DNA of 63,801 nucleotides from Aplysia californica (GCF_000002075.1 NW_004798090.1:116103-179903); one strand, 5' to 3'. Shown: positions 11,685-25,600, counted from the stretch's first letter. Program-made: numbers and translations. Notes: generated from the sequence alone by a model not told the origin.

Positions 11685-14600
11685 ATCAATGAATGATAAT
11701 CCTTATAATAATAGGGTTGAGAGTTTGGTGTTTGTTGACAACTTTGTGGGATCCCACTGTTCCAGGCCTCAAAGTGGTTCACTCTGCTACTAACTGTAGG
11801 TGCTGCTCCTCTATAGGTGAGGTGGCTCCAACCTCTCTTGTGTGTATTTGAGTTTGAGGGGGGCGGGGGGGGGGGGGGGCATCTCTTCTCTTCACATCTA
11901 TTTTGTTCCAGTCTCAGGTGCTGCTAAAATTAGAATCTCCTGTAGTTGCCATTTAGGGTGTGTCTTGAGAGTGACCTGTTTGTTTGTCTAGAGGGGGATA
12001 AACTTACCTGAAAGAAAAATATATGAGGCATCCTGGTGATATCAGGCGCTCGTCAAAATAATGAACTTGGAGAAACAGGCATTTGTCTTACAGTTTGGCT
12101 AATTTTGTAGAATTTCTTTTTTTAAGTCTATGTAAAAACACATTTCCATTTAAATTTTACTGAAAAACGTTGAGTTAAAGACACAAACTACACCATTTTT
12201 CAGTTTTCAAGGACCTTTTAGGCATTTGAGTTACCAAACTTTAGCGCCCACTTTCTCCCTAATTTTACAATGGAAACCAGGCCTCCCTTTTTCTGTAAAA
12301 AAATAAATTATATAATCTATAGCGGTGTATATAACGTAAGGGTTGAAGTTCTCCTAAGGGTAGATCTATATAAAATGCAATGTTTTGCTACTGATTTGGG
12401 GATGAGATAATTAGCCTCCATGGCACATGTCTAATAAATTAATGTCAAAATGTCTGTGTATTGAGTTCTATGGAGATAGTGTCCAATAGAGTTCTAATTG
12501 TCATGGGATAGGTTTTCACACTTCTTCATGTTCATGTGACGAGGACTTCATAGTCATGCACATCAGGACCAGGTAGTCTCTTGAAGCTGAAAAAAAGAAA
12601 TGGACATATTCACTTCCTAGTGTGCTGTTTATTTGTGTGAATTGAAAATCTCTTTCCTCTTCCATTTCTTTTGATCTGTACCTGCTGTTTGCATGGGTAG
12701 TATGATTTCACTTGTTTATGTAGGTGTTTGCGAACTACACATCTACATGTTTGCATAGAAATGGCATCAGGCTAATCCTTTTGACCATTCTTCTTCCATT
12801 TAATGAAAAAAAATTAAAAGACGTGGAGGGTTCCGACGAGTATGAATTTGAGGTTTTTAAAGATCGGGGCGTTGTGGAGTGTTGATCTTTCTTCCGCTTC
12901 TTCTGGATGCAGGTGGTGACAGTTAAGGTGCAGGTTGTGTGTGACTTTAAAGGTGCTGCTTGTTCTGTCACCGGGGGTTGTGCAGGTGGGTCAGCTGGTG
13001 GTTCATGTTGAACTTGTCTGGGGGAAGAAACAGAACGGATTTGGCTTCTGTTCCTGCGTATGTCTCGTGTGTCGTGCTGATTTATGACATACGATCTCGG
13101 TGATGAGACTTTTTCGGTGGCGATTGCAGGTTCCCAATTTTTTGTTTTTGCATTTTGTACTGTCACATGTTCATTTCTTGATAAAGGCGGCAATATCTTT
13201 GTGTGTTGGTCATAGTAGTACCTTTGTGTTTCCTGCCTTTTCTCTAGTCCTTTCTCAATTTGTTCATTGTTTGCAGCATGATTTATCTTTCTTGGCATTG
13301 TGTCTCGCAGTTGTCTGTTGAAGAGCATTTGTCCGGGAGAAGGTAAGCTGTTGTTGATTGGTGTTATTCTCAGAGCAAGAAGACTCAGGTATGGGTCTTG
13401 GGATGTTTCAAATGCCTTTTTTAAGGTACGTTTCACGAGTTTCACTTGGCTCTAGATGAAACCGTTACTCTTTGGATAATGGTGTGAACTTGTTTTGTGC
13501 TGGAATCCATAAGCTGTTGCAAATTCTCTGAAGGCAGTTCTACTGAAATGTGGTCCATTGTCAGATCGCACAATTTCTGGGATTCCATGCTCACTGAAAG
13601 CTTGTTTCTAGAAGGTGATAACTCTTGTTGCGCTGTTGCTGGTGTCTTTTGGCAATTTGCGGACAATTGGAAACTTCGAATAGTAGTTGCTGATGAGAAG
13701 GTATTCATAGCCAGAATATTCAGGTAGAATAGATCAGTGCCTATGGTGTGCCATGGTCTTGGTGGTATCTCTGATTGGATGAGGGGTTCTTTTCGTTGAC
13801 TTGCCTGGTGTTTTTGGCACACTTGGCATTCTGAGACTGTTTGGTCTATTTCTTTGTTGATATTTGGCCAAAAAACTGTCTCTCTGGCGCGGAGCTTTGT
13901 TTTCTCTGTACCAAGATGTGGTTCATGGAGTTTCTTCATAACCTCTTCTTTCATAGATTTGGGGATGATTATCCTTGATTCCTTGATGAGAATTCCATCG
14001 TCAATGGATATTTCATCCCAATAGTTCCAGTAGGCTTTGCATTGATTAGGTACATCTTGTTGTGTCTCTGGCCAGCCAAAGTAGACTAAGTCTTTTAGGG
14101 CCATCAGTTCAGTGTCTGTTGCGGTAGCGTCTTTTATGCGTTGTAGATAGTTTCCAATGAACTGTGTCGCTACCGCGTGGATCTTGACATTCAGGCCCTC
14201 TATTGGTTCCTTCTCATTTCCTGGGAGTCTGGACAGGGCGTCAGCGATAAGCATCTATTTTCCTGGTTTGTAGATAATTTGGAAATCATATGGTTGCAGT
14301 CTTAGAAGCATTCTCTGGAGTCTGGGGGGTGCTGCCTTGAGATGCTTTAGCTGGATCGACTGGAGAGGGCGTGGTCAGATTCAACTTGGAACGTCTGTGC
14401 GTACAGGTAGGCTATGTGTGGAACCGTTCACACCTGTATACCACAGCGAGAAGTTCACGTTCGATATTGGCGTATCGCGTTTCTTCATCTGTGAGGGTTT
14501 TGCTGGCAAATGCTACTGGTTTATCATCTTGCAGGAGTGTAGCACCAAGTGCTTTCATGGATGCATCTACTTGCAATGTGATTGGCTTTTCCGGATTGAA

Positions 14601-17156
14601 GTAGGCGAGCGTGACCTCACTTGTAATTGAGTCCTTGACTTTCTGGAATGCATTTTGGTGGTTTATTGTCTACTCGAACTTGTTTTACTTGGACAGGAGT
14701 TCTCTCAGTGGTGTTGAGAGCTGGCTGATGTTTTGGATGAAGGGCCCATGTATGTCGCTAGACCCAGGAAGAACTAGCTCTTTCTCATTTTCTGGAGCTT
14801 TCATAGCTTTGATGGCTTCAACCTTTGCTGGGTCAGGCTTGATCCCTTCGCCTGTGCAGATTATGCCGTAGAACTTGATGTGGTTTTCCTTGATTCTGCA
14901 TTTGTCTGGGTTCAGCTTAAGTCCTGTTTCCTGACACCGAAGTATCATGTTCTGTAGGTTAGCGTCATGTTCTTCTGCAGTTTCCCCAAACACCACATCA
15001 TCTGCGATGCCAATCACACCTTTGCAGCCTTCAAATGTCTTGTCAATTTTCGCTTGGAAGACGTCTTGGCTCATTCGAAGTCCAAAGGGCATTCTTAGAA
15101 ATCGGTATCAGCCAAATGGAGAATTGAATGTGGTCAGATAACTTGAATCGTCATCAAGCTCAACGTTCCAGTATCCACATTTTGCATCAAGTATGGAGAA
15201 GTACTTTGCTCCGGAGAGGTGTGGCAAAATTTCTTCCAGAGTTGGTGTGATGTGATGCTCCCTCAGTATTGCTTTGTTGAGGTCTTTGGGGTCCAGGCAA
15301 AGACGTAGCCGTCCCGATGGTTTCTCTCTGTATACCAAGCTGTTCACCCAAGCTGTGGGTTCTCCCACCTTGATTCTCTTGATGATTCCCATTGTTTCCA
15401 TCTCATCCAGTTCTGTCTTGATTTTGTCCTCGAGTTTGAGGGGTATTTTCCTTTGTGGATGGATGACCTCTGGGACTGTGGGTCTATATGAATGTGGTAT
15501 TTTCCTTGAAACTTCCCAATTCCGTTGAAAGTGTCAGGGTATTGGGTCATCAGGGAGGCTTTTGGACTTTCTGGAGTTTTGTGAGGGTTGCTTTTGAGGC
15601 TAGATCGAGCCTTTGAAGCATTCTTTGATCTGTCTTGCAACTTCATTTCTAGATTTATGCTGACCAGTCCTAGTTCTCTTAAGGTGGGCAGTCCTAGGAT
15701 AGCTGGTCCTTTGTCCTCCGTCACATAGAATGTGGCGTTTTCTTCCTTCTCCTTGTAGGAGCACTTGATTTTGCAGGTGCCATATTGTTTAACTTGACTT
15801 CCTCCATACGCGGTTATTTTGGTTTTGGATCGGCCTAGTTCTGTTGGTTGTCCACGGCTGTCGAATTTCTGGGGGAACATTTCCTTGTATAGTCTCAAGG
15901 GCAATGCATTCCCTTGGGATCCAGTGTCGATCTTGACTTTGAGTTTATGTTTTGTATTCCTTGAGTTATGACATGGAAGTTGGATGCCTAAGGTTGCGAA
16001 GGCTTCGTCCTCTGTTTTCATTAAGTTCATTTTGAGTGTCTCAAATGTATGTACTTGATAATCTTCTTCTTCCTCCTCATTCCCTATCTCAATTTTGTGG
16101 GTCTTCTGGTTATTGTACTCGAGTTTTCTGCACATCTTTTTGAAATGGTGCGGCTTTTTGCAGTAGCTGCATGTCTGGTGTCTTGCTGGACACTGCGAAA
16201 AAGGGTGAGGGGAGTTGCCGCAATTTGGACAGCATTTTTGTGGTTTTCTGATATTGCTTGATGTAGGAGTGTTTGGTTGGACATGAAATTGTTCGGGTTT
16301 TGATCTGTGATTCTGTTGGGAAAATCTGGGCCTGGAACTACTGGAAGGTGCTTTTTTCATGAGTTTGTGGACATTCACTTGAGGTTGGCTTGACATCGAG
16401 TTTAGTTCATGATTGGATGTTTCCAAAGAACGAGCGATTTTTTAGAGTGTCTTCTAGAGTAGGGTCATCTTCCTGGAGGAGTCGTTCCTTGATTGAATGG
16501 TCATTTGTTCCGAAAATAATTCGATCTCTGATCAGAGAGCTCTGGAGTTTGTCTAACTCGCAACCCTCTGCCAGGAGTTTGAGGGCTGTGACAAATTGGT
16601 CCATGGACTCTCCCTCCTTTTGCACTCTAGAATTGAACCTGTATCTGAGTGTCGTTATTCTCTCTTTGGGGATGCAGTGGGTCCGAAATCGTGTAAAAAG
16701 GTCCTTCACTGTCTGTTCTTCTTCTGGAATTTCCCAGGTATTAAAAGTGTTTCTCCCTTCCTGTCCAATGTTGATAAGCAGGTAGGACATTTTCTGTTGG
16801 TCCGTTTTCTCTGCAAGAGGCCCTGTTAGGAGGAGGCGCATGTTCTGCTCCCACTGTTTAAATTTGCCCGACAGGTTTGGGTCATCAAAGTTCATGGGAG
16901 GAATTTTTGTATGTTCCATGGTCCTGACTATTTCAGGTTTTATTAGTACAGGTGGATTATAGACGTAGACCGAGCTTGATGCACTTGAGGTTCTGGAGTG
17001 ATTTGGTGCCACTCTTTTAATCTGGGTCTGACAGGGGTGTTCGACCCTTGACTTGCGAGCATGCAGCGATCTTACCTTAGATCTCTAGAATCTAGCACTT
17101 AGATGTTAATAAATCCCTGAAGACTTGAGCTTGACGGAGTGTAGGTTCATCTGGAT

Positions 17157-17167
17157 TTCTGACACCA
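17157..17167 (-). other. Primer-binding site (tRNA-Leu-like)
   Basis: TGGTGTCAGAA immediately after the LTR end. Confidence 0.7.
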
Positions 17168-17426
17168 TGTCGTGTTTGTATACACACACAAGTACAAGGA
17201 ATGTATACACACACAAGTACAAGGAATGATCGGCAACAGAACACAGTGTATTAGGCACAGAGGTTTAATGTCTCATGTAGCGGCCAGGACACTGACTCGA
17301 AGTGCGAACAGAACAAAGACTAAAGCGAAACTAAAAGCGAGAGGGTTATTTAAGTTATTAGGTCACTGGAACACAGGTAGCACAACAATGAGGTCGTAGT
17401 ACGGTAAACATTAGAGTATCATGACA
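17168..17426 (-). repeat. 5' LTR (259 bp)
   Basis: TGTCATG...CACGACA termini on -, directly followed by the PBS. Contains a ~25-bp tandem duplication near 17180-17228. Confidence 0.8.
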
Positions 17427-18403
17427 TCATCCTCTTCCGTTGCAAATTTCTTGTCATCTATTCTACATAAATGGGGATTCTTTTTCATTGAAAGCAACCC
17501 CCCCCCCCCAAAAAAAAAAAACCCTTTCCGATAATAAACAAAGTTCTCTAAATGCCCCTAAATTGACGAATGCCTGATTCCACTGTGTCGTGACACATAT
17601 TTTGATTATTGACATCAAGTGGATTGACTTGTCAGATTTTAGTAGTAGTGGAAACAGTTGCTGTAAATGTTTGTTTTGTAACTTAATTGATGGAGTTGGG
17701 GAGAATGTTATTTTGTAATGAGCTAAATGTAGGGTTTTTTTTATCATGTGCTTAGAAATATTTCTCAGCACACATAATTTATTAATGGTCTTTTGGGAAG
17801 GTGGGGGAGGGGGGAATGGGGTGTTAACCATAATTATTACCATGTAATACTTTTACAATTACCATATTAATGGACTGAAACACAATTTCAATCTACTTTC
17901 TGTGGTAATAACAAACCACTTGACAATAACCTATTTGGTCTTGAGGTGTAGGTCTGTGGCCGAGTGGTCAGTGAGATCAGACTCACGATAACATCAGGCG
18001 TATGTCGGAGACACGGCGTTTAGGTGGGTGGTCACTTGGGTGTCTCCTTCTTGAGTGAGGCACTTTAACCTTTGCTAAAATTGCAGGGCACTGCACTGTG
18101 GCGACCAACAATGGCAAGCTAATTGTCTGTATTGGTATGATATTGTATCAAGCTGTTAAAATGTCCTAAGCACAAAAGATTTATTTCAGAAGAGAGATAA
18201 ATCTGTTTTATTTTAAAAATAATTTTTACCATTTTATATAGATCTATCTTTTCTTCCTTTTTTTGTACAATTATTAAGAATTTGAATTTTGACAAAATGT
18301 ATGTCTCAAGCTCACGCAATGAATACCACTGGTTAAGAAACTGAAATTTAAAAAATGTTCACAATTTTGGGCTGACACATTTGAACAGCTGGCCGATGGT
18401 ATA

Positions 18404-19197
18404 CAGTAGAGCATGACAGCACGCGCTACAGCAGGACCATCCCTACAGCGGGACCTCACCAAAACCCCGGTTTACTGTCTATGAAAACTCAATTACCTGT
18501 GCTCGGGTTTAGCGGGGCAAATTAAGGAAAGGCCCGAACTCGGATACAGCGGAAGAGATCAAGCGAGTTCTTGCTGGGGGGAAGGGGGTTGGAATGCTGT
18601 AGGCGGGCTCCAAACAGGTAGTAGCCGTACGGCGTTGTGATTGGCCGGTCCAGTGATGAGTGAGGTGGGGCTGGCGGCAGAGAGAGATGATGTGGATAGA
18701 CGCGTTACGTGAGCCACTCCAAAAGTGATATTCCGTAGCTTAGACGCCCAGTATGAGAGCGTAGGCCATAGCCCTAGGCCTAGGCTAGGCCAAAGAGTAA
18801 AAGAAGAGGAGATCTCGTAGTGTGTGATTCCTGATTCATTGAATTGTGATCGTTGATGCTCATATAGAGGCATACGCAGGCTACCACTTCGCCAGTTCTA
18901 CTGTAAGCCTACCGGTACGATAGATAGCACAAGCTACGAGACCGAGGAAAAGGTGGCTTACAACAAAGACTAAAGGAAATCTTCCTCACTCGAAGTAAAG
19001 GCCAAGATAATCAACGAAGTTGACAAGAAAAGGAAGACTAATCTAAAGCATAAGTTTTATTGATATGGAAGGGAGGTAATCATGTGGATTTTAAGAAAAT
19101 TTTCTGTAATTTCCCCTTTGCACTCCTATAGCAGGAACTCGCCTACAGCGGGATTTTTCTTCTGGAACCCAATGTTCCGCTATAGCCGTGTTTACTG
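18404..19197 (+). mobile_element. Internally deleted Tigger/pogo element
   Basis: TA-CAGTA ... TACTG-TA ends with subterminal ctacagcggga repeats. Remnant LEVKAKIINEVDK (~18985-19030) resembles a CENP-B-type N-terminal HTH. Confidence 0.6.
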
Positions 19198-20236
19198 TAT
19201 TTTGTATTGTTGATAGATTATTGTATGTATGTATATATTTGTATTATGCCAGTGTAACTCAAATTTCCCAATGGGGATAAGCAAAAATGGAATGTAAATG
19301 AATGTGAATTAATACATTTATTTTATCTTTTTAATATAAGATGTACTGTATACAATTGAAATATGAACTAATTTTTTTAAATGTTTAGAACTTGTCCAGG
19401 AAAGAAACTAAAATATCAGAAAAGTATGGCAGAAACTATTACTAGTTCATCAAATAATTCTAATGTCAGCTTGTATGACTTCCTGTGCACAGATTAATTT
19501 CTGAAATAGGTAGGCCTACCTGGTCTGGGGAAAATATTTCAGGATTGTCAGGAAAGATTTGAACTTTGATTGCTGAGAATTAGAATTGAAAATATATTTG
19601 CATAGCTGTCAACCTGTTGTAAAAAACATATTTGATACATTTTTTAAGGTTCCTTTTTTAAATCAGAAAATGCTTATATATTCATTGTTTTCCTGTTCTA
19701 TATTGCTTCTCACGAACTTGCCATTGCTGAAGTAAAATTTGGAAATTTTAGGACTGGATTTGAGAAAGATAAAGAAAACCAAGCTCAAATATTAATTGGA
19801 GAGATCTCTTGCTGCATGTCTCCTTTGAATAGCTTGAATTTATCGAATGCAGTAATGTGTGTGTGAAAGGTTTGGAGGGGGATTACTTGGTCAATGCCCA
19901 CCATCTTGACTGACCTGCTGTGTGGGTAGAGTCTGTTTTCTGGTTTTGAAAAGTTTGCTGCTTTATTGCTATTGCTGTATTCTCATTATTTCAACTGTTG
20001 GAATCTTAGTTTTTCATCTCTGTTAAAATATATTTGGTACTTGGAGATTGTCCTCAGTCCAAATCTTTAAATGAGCTCCAAAAAGGTGTATGTGTTACTT
20101 TCATTGTTTAGAGTTATAATGCTGGTTGCATTTGGCAATGATAAAACCTTCTTGCTGTTGTTGCTGTTTTCATTTATTATGTTATTGTACCTACCATTTC
20201 TTTGTTGGGTGACTGATTCTTTACAATTTGTGACAA

Positions 20237-20555
20237 GCGGAGAGTTAGAGAACGTTAGGAGTAGGCCATTGGCCGATATTTATATAGCAACAGCCATCTT
20301 GTTTGTGTCATATACCGTCATAAAATAGTGTTCTTCATTCTGACAAAAGACAAAAGAAGTTCCAGACCTACTGTCTCACTGTTTGATCAGGAAAAAAAAT
20401 GTGGAGTAAAAAAAGAAAGTTTTTTTTCTTCATTTTAGCAAAGTGTTATGATACATGTAATGCTCACTGTGTATGTTAAAGTATAGGTCAAACATTATGG
20501 CTGTTACTAAAAATATCGGCCATTGGTGTACTCCTAACATTCTCTAACTATCCGC
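20237..20555. mobile_element. MITE-like element with ~45-bp inverted ends
   Basis: gcggagagttagagaacgttaggagta...ggccgatatt pairs with aatatcggcc...tactcctaacattctctaactatccgc. Confidence 0.6.
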
Positions 20556-21771
20556 CAGTCAATTCCTGGACAGATACCAGACGCAACATTTCCTCATAGA
20601 CTCAATTTTCTTTACAGTGGTATTCACTTATGACAAATTCTGATGTGGTAAATACTGAGTTTGGTCATCATATTTTTTTTTTCTCTTTGTGAGAACAGTG
20701 AGAAATAAGTCATTAAATGACTTTAATACGGGCATCTGTGGTGTAGTGGTTTGGAGCTTCGTCATTATTGGATGAAGGAGATCCAAGTTTGATTCCTGAG
20801 TGGAGAGAATTTTTGTTATATAATATGTATCTTGGTCTTTCTGCTGGTATGTTGTACACATATCACACTCTCAGCCGGCTTGGTGGTGACAGGCAATGTT
20901 GAAGCCTGCTTCCTAAAAGATATAATTTGTGTTAATGGGAGCATAATTATACCTACCNNNNNNNNNNNNNNNNNNNNNNNNNNNNNNNNNNNNNNNNNNN
21001 NNNNNNNNNNNNNNNNNNNNNNNNNNNNNNNNNNNNNNNNNNNNNNNNNNNNNNNNNNNNNNNNNNNNNNNNNNNNNNNNNNNNNNNNNNNNNNNNNNNN
21101 NNNNNNNNNNNNNNNNNNNNNNNNNNNNNNNNNNNNNNNNNNNNNNNNNNNNNNNNNNNNNNNNNNNNNNNNNNNNNNNNNNNNNNNNNNNNNNNNNNNN
21201 NNNNNNNNNNNNNNNNNGTACATTACATCCGTTCACGTTTTTTCAAGCAGAACTAGGAACCTGTGAATGGTTTCCCATCTCTTTTCTATATCCCATCCCT
21301 GAAAGGGTGAGTGAAGTGAGAAAACCCAGAGAGGTACCTGTATGTTAATTTACAAATTACATAGAATGGAAGTGATGTTTTTGGTATTAGTTTTTTTTTT
21401 ACAAATTAGTGGTCTCAGAGAATGGGGCCACAACAGCCAGCCTCTACTAGAGTCTAAGTCTAAGGTCTACAACGTGCGATTCAATGGCTTCAAAGCAAAA
21501 GGAAGGCCAAGAAGAAGATGGATCATATGTAGTCAAAGAAACCCCCTCCTCCCAAGCCAAAAGAAACAAATATAAATAACATTAACAATCTAAACCCATG
21601 TACGACAATTGCATCTCCCCTCAACACCTCTTGGTACAAAAATGCATAAAAGTTAGAGGACAGGAAAAAGTAAAAGTAAAGTCGGGATTTCTGTGATGAA
21701 TATAATCGCCTTCTTATATCAGATTTTGCAAGCTGACACAAACAAAACTGTGATATAAACGTTCTGTAAAG

Positions 21772-22539
21772 CAGTGGCGGTGGGTAGTGAAGGGCTCAGG
21801 GGCTTGAGCCCCTCTACCCACCCCCCAAGTCTATCCCAAGGCAAATGAAAAGAAACGAAATAAGCAGTTGAAACTGTTTTGATCGCCCGCAATGAACACA
21901 GAGTCGGCAACTAGGCGGCTTGCTCGTTTATCCAATCACTGTTGTCCCCGCTTACAACTATAGTAACCTAACAGCCAATCAAATGTCTTTAGGACTCAGC
22001 AATCAACCAGCCCGTTCCCACGGTCTCTCCTTAATGAAACCCCTCTTGTAAAAAGGTAGAAGACTTGAAAAAAATAACACTGCACAGAGGGCTCACGCTC
22101 TCCCAGCCCTGACAATGGGGTGAAAGTTTACGACACACTTTCCCCCAGTGACACAGTTACCTATGCGCCCATTGGGCCTTTGTTAGGCGCGTTCTATTTT
22201 CTGCAACAACACGACCCAATCCACCTCATACACGGTGTGTATTTGGAGTGCTGTGTGTTTGTGCCGCTGAGATCTAACAATAATCAAATAAAAACTAATT
22301 AGAGAAATTTGGAGGTGAAACGGCTTTGTTCCCATCATCCAGAAGAATTTAACGTAGAACAAAGAGATGGCAGACAAAGGTGACTCTTCTCGTTTGAATG
22401 GTTCGGTTCTCAAAATGCCGTGGCTCGCCGTGAGTATAGAAAAATCATCACTGTGTTGTTCTTATTGCTTGCTTTTTGGTGGTCAAGAAGTGGAAGAAAC
22501 CTGAGCCCCACCCAAATCTAGGTTCACCCACCGCCACTG
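21772..22539. mobile_element. hAT-type non-autonomous element
   Basis: TIR CAGTGGCGGTGGGT / ACCCACCGCCACTG with a perfect 8-bp TSD CTGTAAAG (21764-21771, 22540-22547). Confidence 0.88.
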
Positions 22540-22749
22540 CTGTAAAGTTAACTCACGAATATTGTTTCTGAGTGAAGAATCGGTGGGAGTCGGAGAAAAG
22601 GCATCAATTCAGAGATTTTCAAGGAAAATAATCCTTGGGGTATTGTGACCTTATTTAGTAATTATTCCTGGTTGTTTCCCTTGGTCTGTGACTTGTTTCA
22701 CCACAGTGGTTTCACAAGTATTCATTACACTTTACAAATTTGCACTATT

Positions 22750-22930
22750 CTATCCCCGGGGTTTTATGCACCCCGCATAATTTAGCAAAATTTGATCATT
22801 TTTTTGCATAATTTCTGATTATGTTCCTATATCATTCTTTGTTGAAATTAACAGAATCGCATGATTTCACATTTTTGGGCCCAGTTTGCATAATTTCAGA
22901 AATATTTTTTGTGTGCTAAAACCGCAGGGA
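22750..22930 (+). repeat. Dispersed ~175-bp repeat (also ~48840-49015 reverse and ~58605-58775)
   Basis: ccccggggttttatgcacc...ttaacagaatcgc...gtttgcataatttcag shared by three loci. Confidence 0.7.
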
Positions 22931-23135
22931 CAAAATATATATAATTGTTGCCTTTGTTCTGTTGAAAGTAATTGAAAAAATAGATGCAACACTTCATCAA
23001 GTAAAAATAACCCGTATAAATTACTCGTACCTTATATTTATATTTGATTTTGTTGTTAGTCATTTGGTTTACACTCATACACGCATGTTGGCCTACCTTG
23101 TATTTATTTTGCTATTGAAACTTCAAAGCCTAAAA

Positions 23136-23668
23136 GGGGGGCTCTCGTGGCCTAGAGGTTAAGGTGTTGGCCTCTCATTCAAAGGTCCCGGGTTCGAATC
23201 TGGGTAGCGACCGAAAACATTTCTTCTCAAAATTGTCTCATTTAACCCCCTTTCCTGCTCTCTAGCAATGTTCTGTCGTCTGTTTTTCGTCTCCGCTTTC
23301 TGCCCCCACCCCCTCACCTCCTTTACCCCCTCCTCTGGGCTCCTGACTCTTTCTGCTGCCTTTCTACTGCTACTTCTTAGCTCTCCCTTCTTAATGCTGT
23401 CTTTCAGCCACACCCCCGATCTTCTGGTAGGAAAGATCTAGACCTAGCCTTCTCAGACAACAAAGGCGAAAAATCCCGGAGGACTCGTTTGCAAGTTGCG
23501 CACGTTAAAGATCCCTTGGTGGTCTTAAATCTATAGGAGTAGTCTTCGGCCGCCACCCGGGCAAAGTATACAATTTTCTACCGACTGAAAAAGTTTAATG
23601 TGTCTCGCGCGCTCATAATACGACCTTATGCAGTAGCGAACGCCATAAAACACTTATTATAAAAAAAA
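23136..23668 (+). mobile_element. SINE family A, full length
   Basis: Same head, body and tail. Absent at the equivalent site of the duplicate (~40505). Confidence 0.82.
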
Positions 23669-24649
23669 GAAACATCTTGTTCGTTTCCTTTTGTATTCGT
23701 ATTAAATCATAAATGATTTAAATCAGTATCGTCATACAGCTGTGACTGTTCTATTATTTAATTTTTTTACGGGAACTCCCCTGTGGATTCAAGTAATAAT
23801 ATTAATAGGTTCTGAGAAATTTATTTTCAACTACCAGGTTCTAGCAATTTTCAGGCTACTACATAAATTTATCTCTCTTTGGTACTTTGGTACCACAGGT
23901 TTTTTTGTTTGCTTGACGGTCTACCTCCGGAGCAGTCTGACAACTGGTTCAGTTAAATTATGTTTGTAAGTATAGCCTTGGCTGCTGGCACTTGTGACAT
24001 GGAGAGAGAACATTTTCTTTCAGCGTAATACAGGCTAGGGGCTGTCGTCGACTGTATTAAACAGTTTTGGTGTTTTTAGTGTGTTCGTTGGGGGGGGGGG
24101 GGGGGGGGGGGTAAGCGGGGAGTTTTTTTGTGGGTAGGAGCGGGTTCGGAGTGTCTGGTTATTACCGTGTCCGATCAGACTTAGGCTACCCTAGACCACC
24201 TAGATCTAGATCACGAAACACGTTAATTGTACATTTACATTGTGAGAATGAAGAACATGGCAAACAGTGATAGTTTTACCGCACTCAGGAATACTACTTA
24301 TCAGCCTAGTGAGAGAGCAAGTTTTAAGATTGTAGTAGAGTTGTTACAGGTTACGACTCATTACGAGTACACGTGTATTAATACACGTGTTATTAGTATA
24401 GCCGTCAGTTGGCGCTTGCAAATCCCCCCCTNNNNNNNNNNNNNNNNNNNNNNNNNNNNNNNNNNNNNNNNNNNNNNNNNNNNNNNNNNNNNNNNNNNNN
24501 NNNNNNNNNNNNNNNNNNNNNNNNNNNNNNNNNNNNNNNNNNNNNNNNNNNNNNNNNNNNNNNNNNNNNNNNNNNNNNNNNNNNNNNNNNNNNNNNNNNN
24601 NNNNNNNNNNNNNNNNNNNNNNNTGCGAAATCAAAGAAACATCAAATTG

Positions 24650-25600
24650 TCTTCACGAGTGTATTATATATTGATAGAATCATGGACATTCATTGCATCC
24701 AATGAATGGAGAATTTTGTCTCTGCAATGAACAATATTTAATTTCGATAGTTTCAAATAATACGGAAAACAGATCAATCACAAATATCACGCAAAACCTG
24801 GACTTAACATTAGATGTGCTATGTGCTCATAGTTAGTTTGCTTAGAAGTCACTGGTTTTGTGTAGGGCACGATCCTTTTGGGCATCTCCTCCTTTAAATT
24901 TTGGACATAATTATGTGTCTTTTCGTCCCAAGTGTCACAGACAGTTGCAAACAAAGGGTCTGAATTGGGAGCAAAGTCGATTTTCTTCACTTGCTGTTTC
25001 ATGGGACTTCTCATATCTGTAGGATTCGCCTGGGCTATTTAATTTGACCACTCCAACGTTGACATGAAATGATTTTCCAAGAATAGTCTAGTGGCATTGG
25101 TCCTGTTAGAAAGGGTTTTGCCATGCATGGAGATGTCTACTTGAATAACATCATGACGAAAATAAGGGTAACACGACGTTCCAACACTTGCGCGATATGT
25201 AGTCCACTAAACCAAGCCATCTGGTGATTCACTCGCAGGCGGTTTTGCTCTGTCTACCCCAGCCACCCTAGTAAACCATGGCAGTTTTGTGGCCTCTGCT
25301 CCTCACAGTAAGTGTAAGGCAGATGATTTAATCCAAAATCTGACTAACACAGTCATGTGCAAAAAAGAAAAAAAAAGTTTGGTGCTCTACACGAAACCAA
25401 TAGCTCCTAAACAAAAACAAAATCATACCAATAAGCACCTGTAATGTTAAGTTAAGTCCAGGTTTTGCATGGTATTTGTGACTAATCTGTTTTCTAATCT
25501 GTGTGAAAATATCACCAGATGATGCTGTACATTGCAGAGACAACAATATTTTCCTATCATTTGATATTCAATACATACCATGTCCATGCCACCAATGTTG
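24650..25600. repeat. Diverged long inverted repeat (foldback-like)
   Basis: gcaaaacctggacttaac / gttaagtccaggttttgc and tgtctctgcaatg / cattgcagagaca in mirrored order. Confidence 0.6.

Larger units (their letters stand above)
12850..17426 (-). mobile_element. Decayed Ty3/Gypsy LTR retrotransposon (Mag-lineage-like)
   Basis: Domain order gag (two CCHC knuckles CPNCGNSPHPFSQC and CSYCKKPHHFKKMC), protease DTGS, RT (RLCLDP, LDAKCGYW, IADD), RNase H (ADALSR), integrase (H-H...CQVC, PWHTIGTDLF, RSGR tail). Several frameshifts. Confidence 0.93.

Noticed and set aside
11685-12020. SECIS element in the SelO 3' UTR
   Set aside because: No in-frame TGA needs recoding, and I saw no convincing AUGA-AA-GA stem by eye.
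23136-23212. tRNA gene
   Set aside because: A and B boxes are present, but it is the head of a multi-copy SINE with a diverged cloverleaf.
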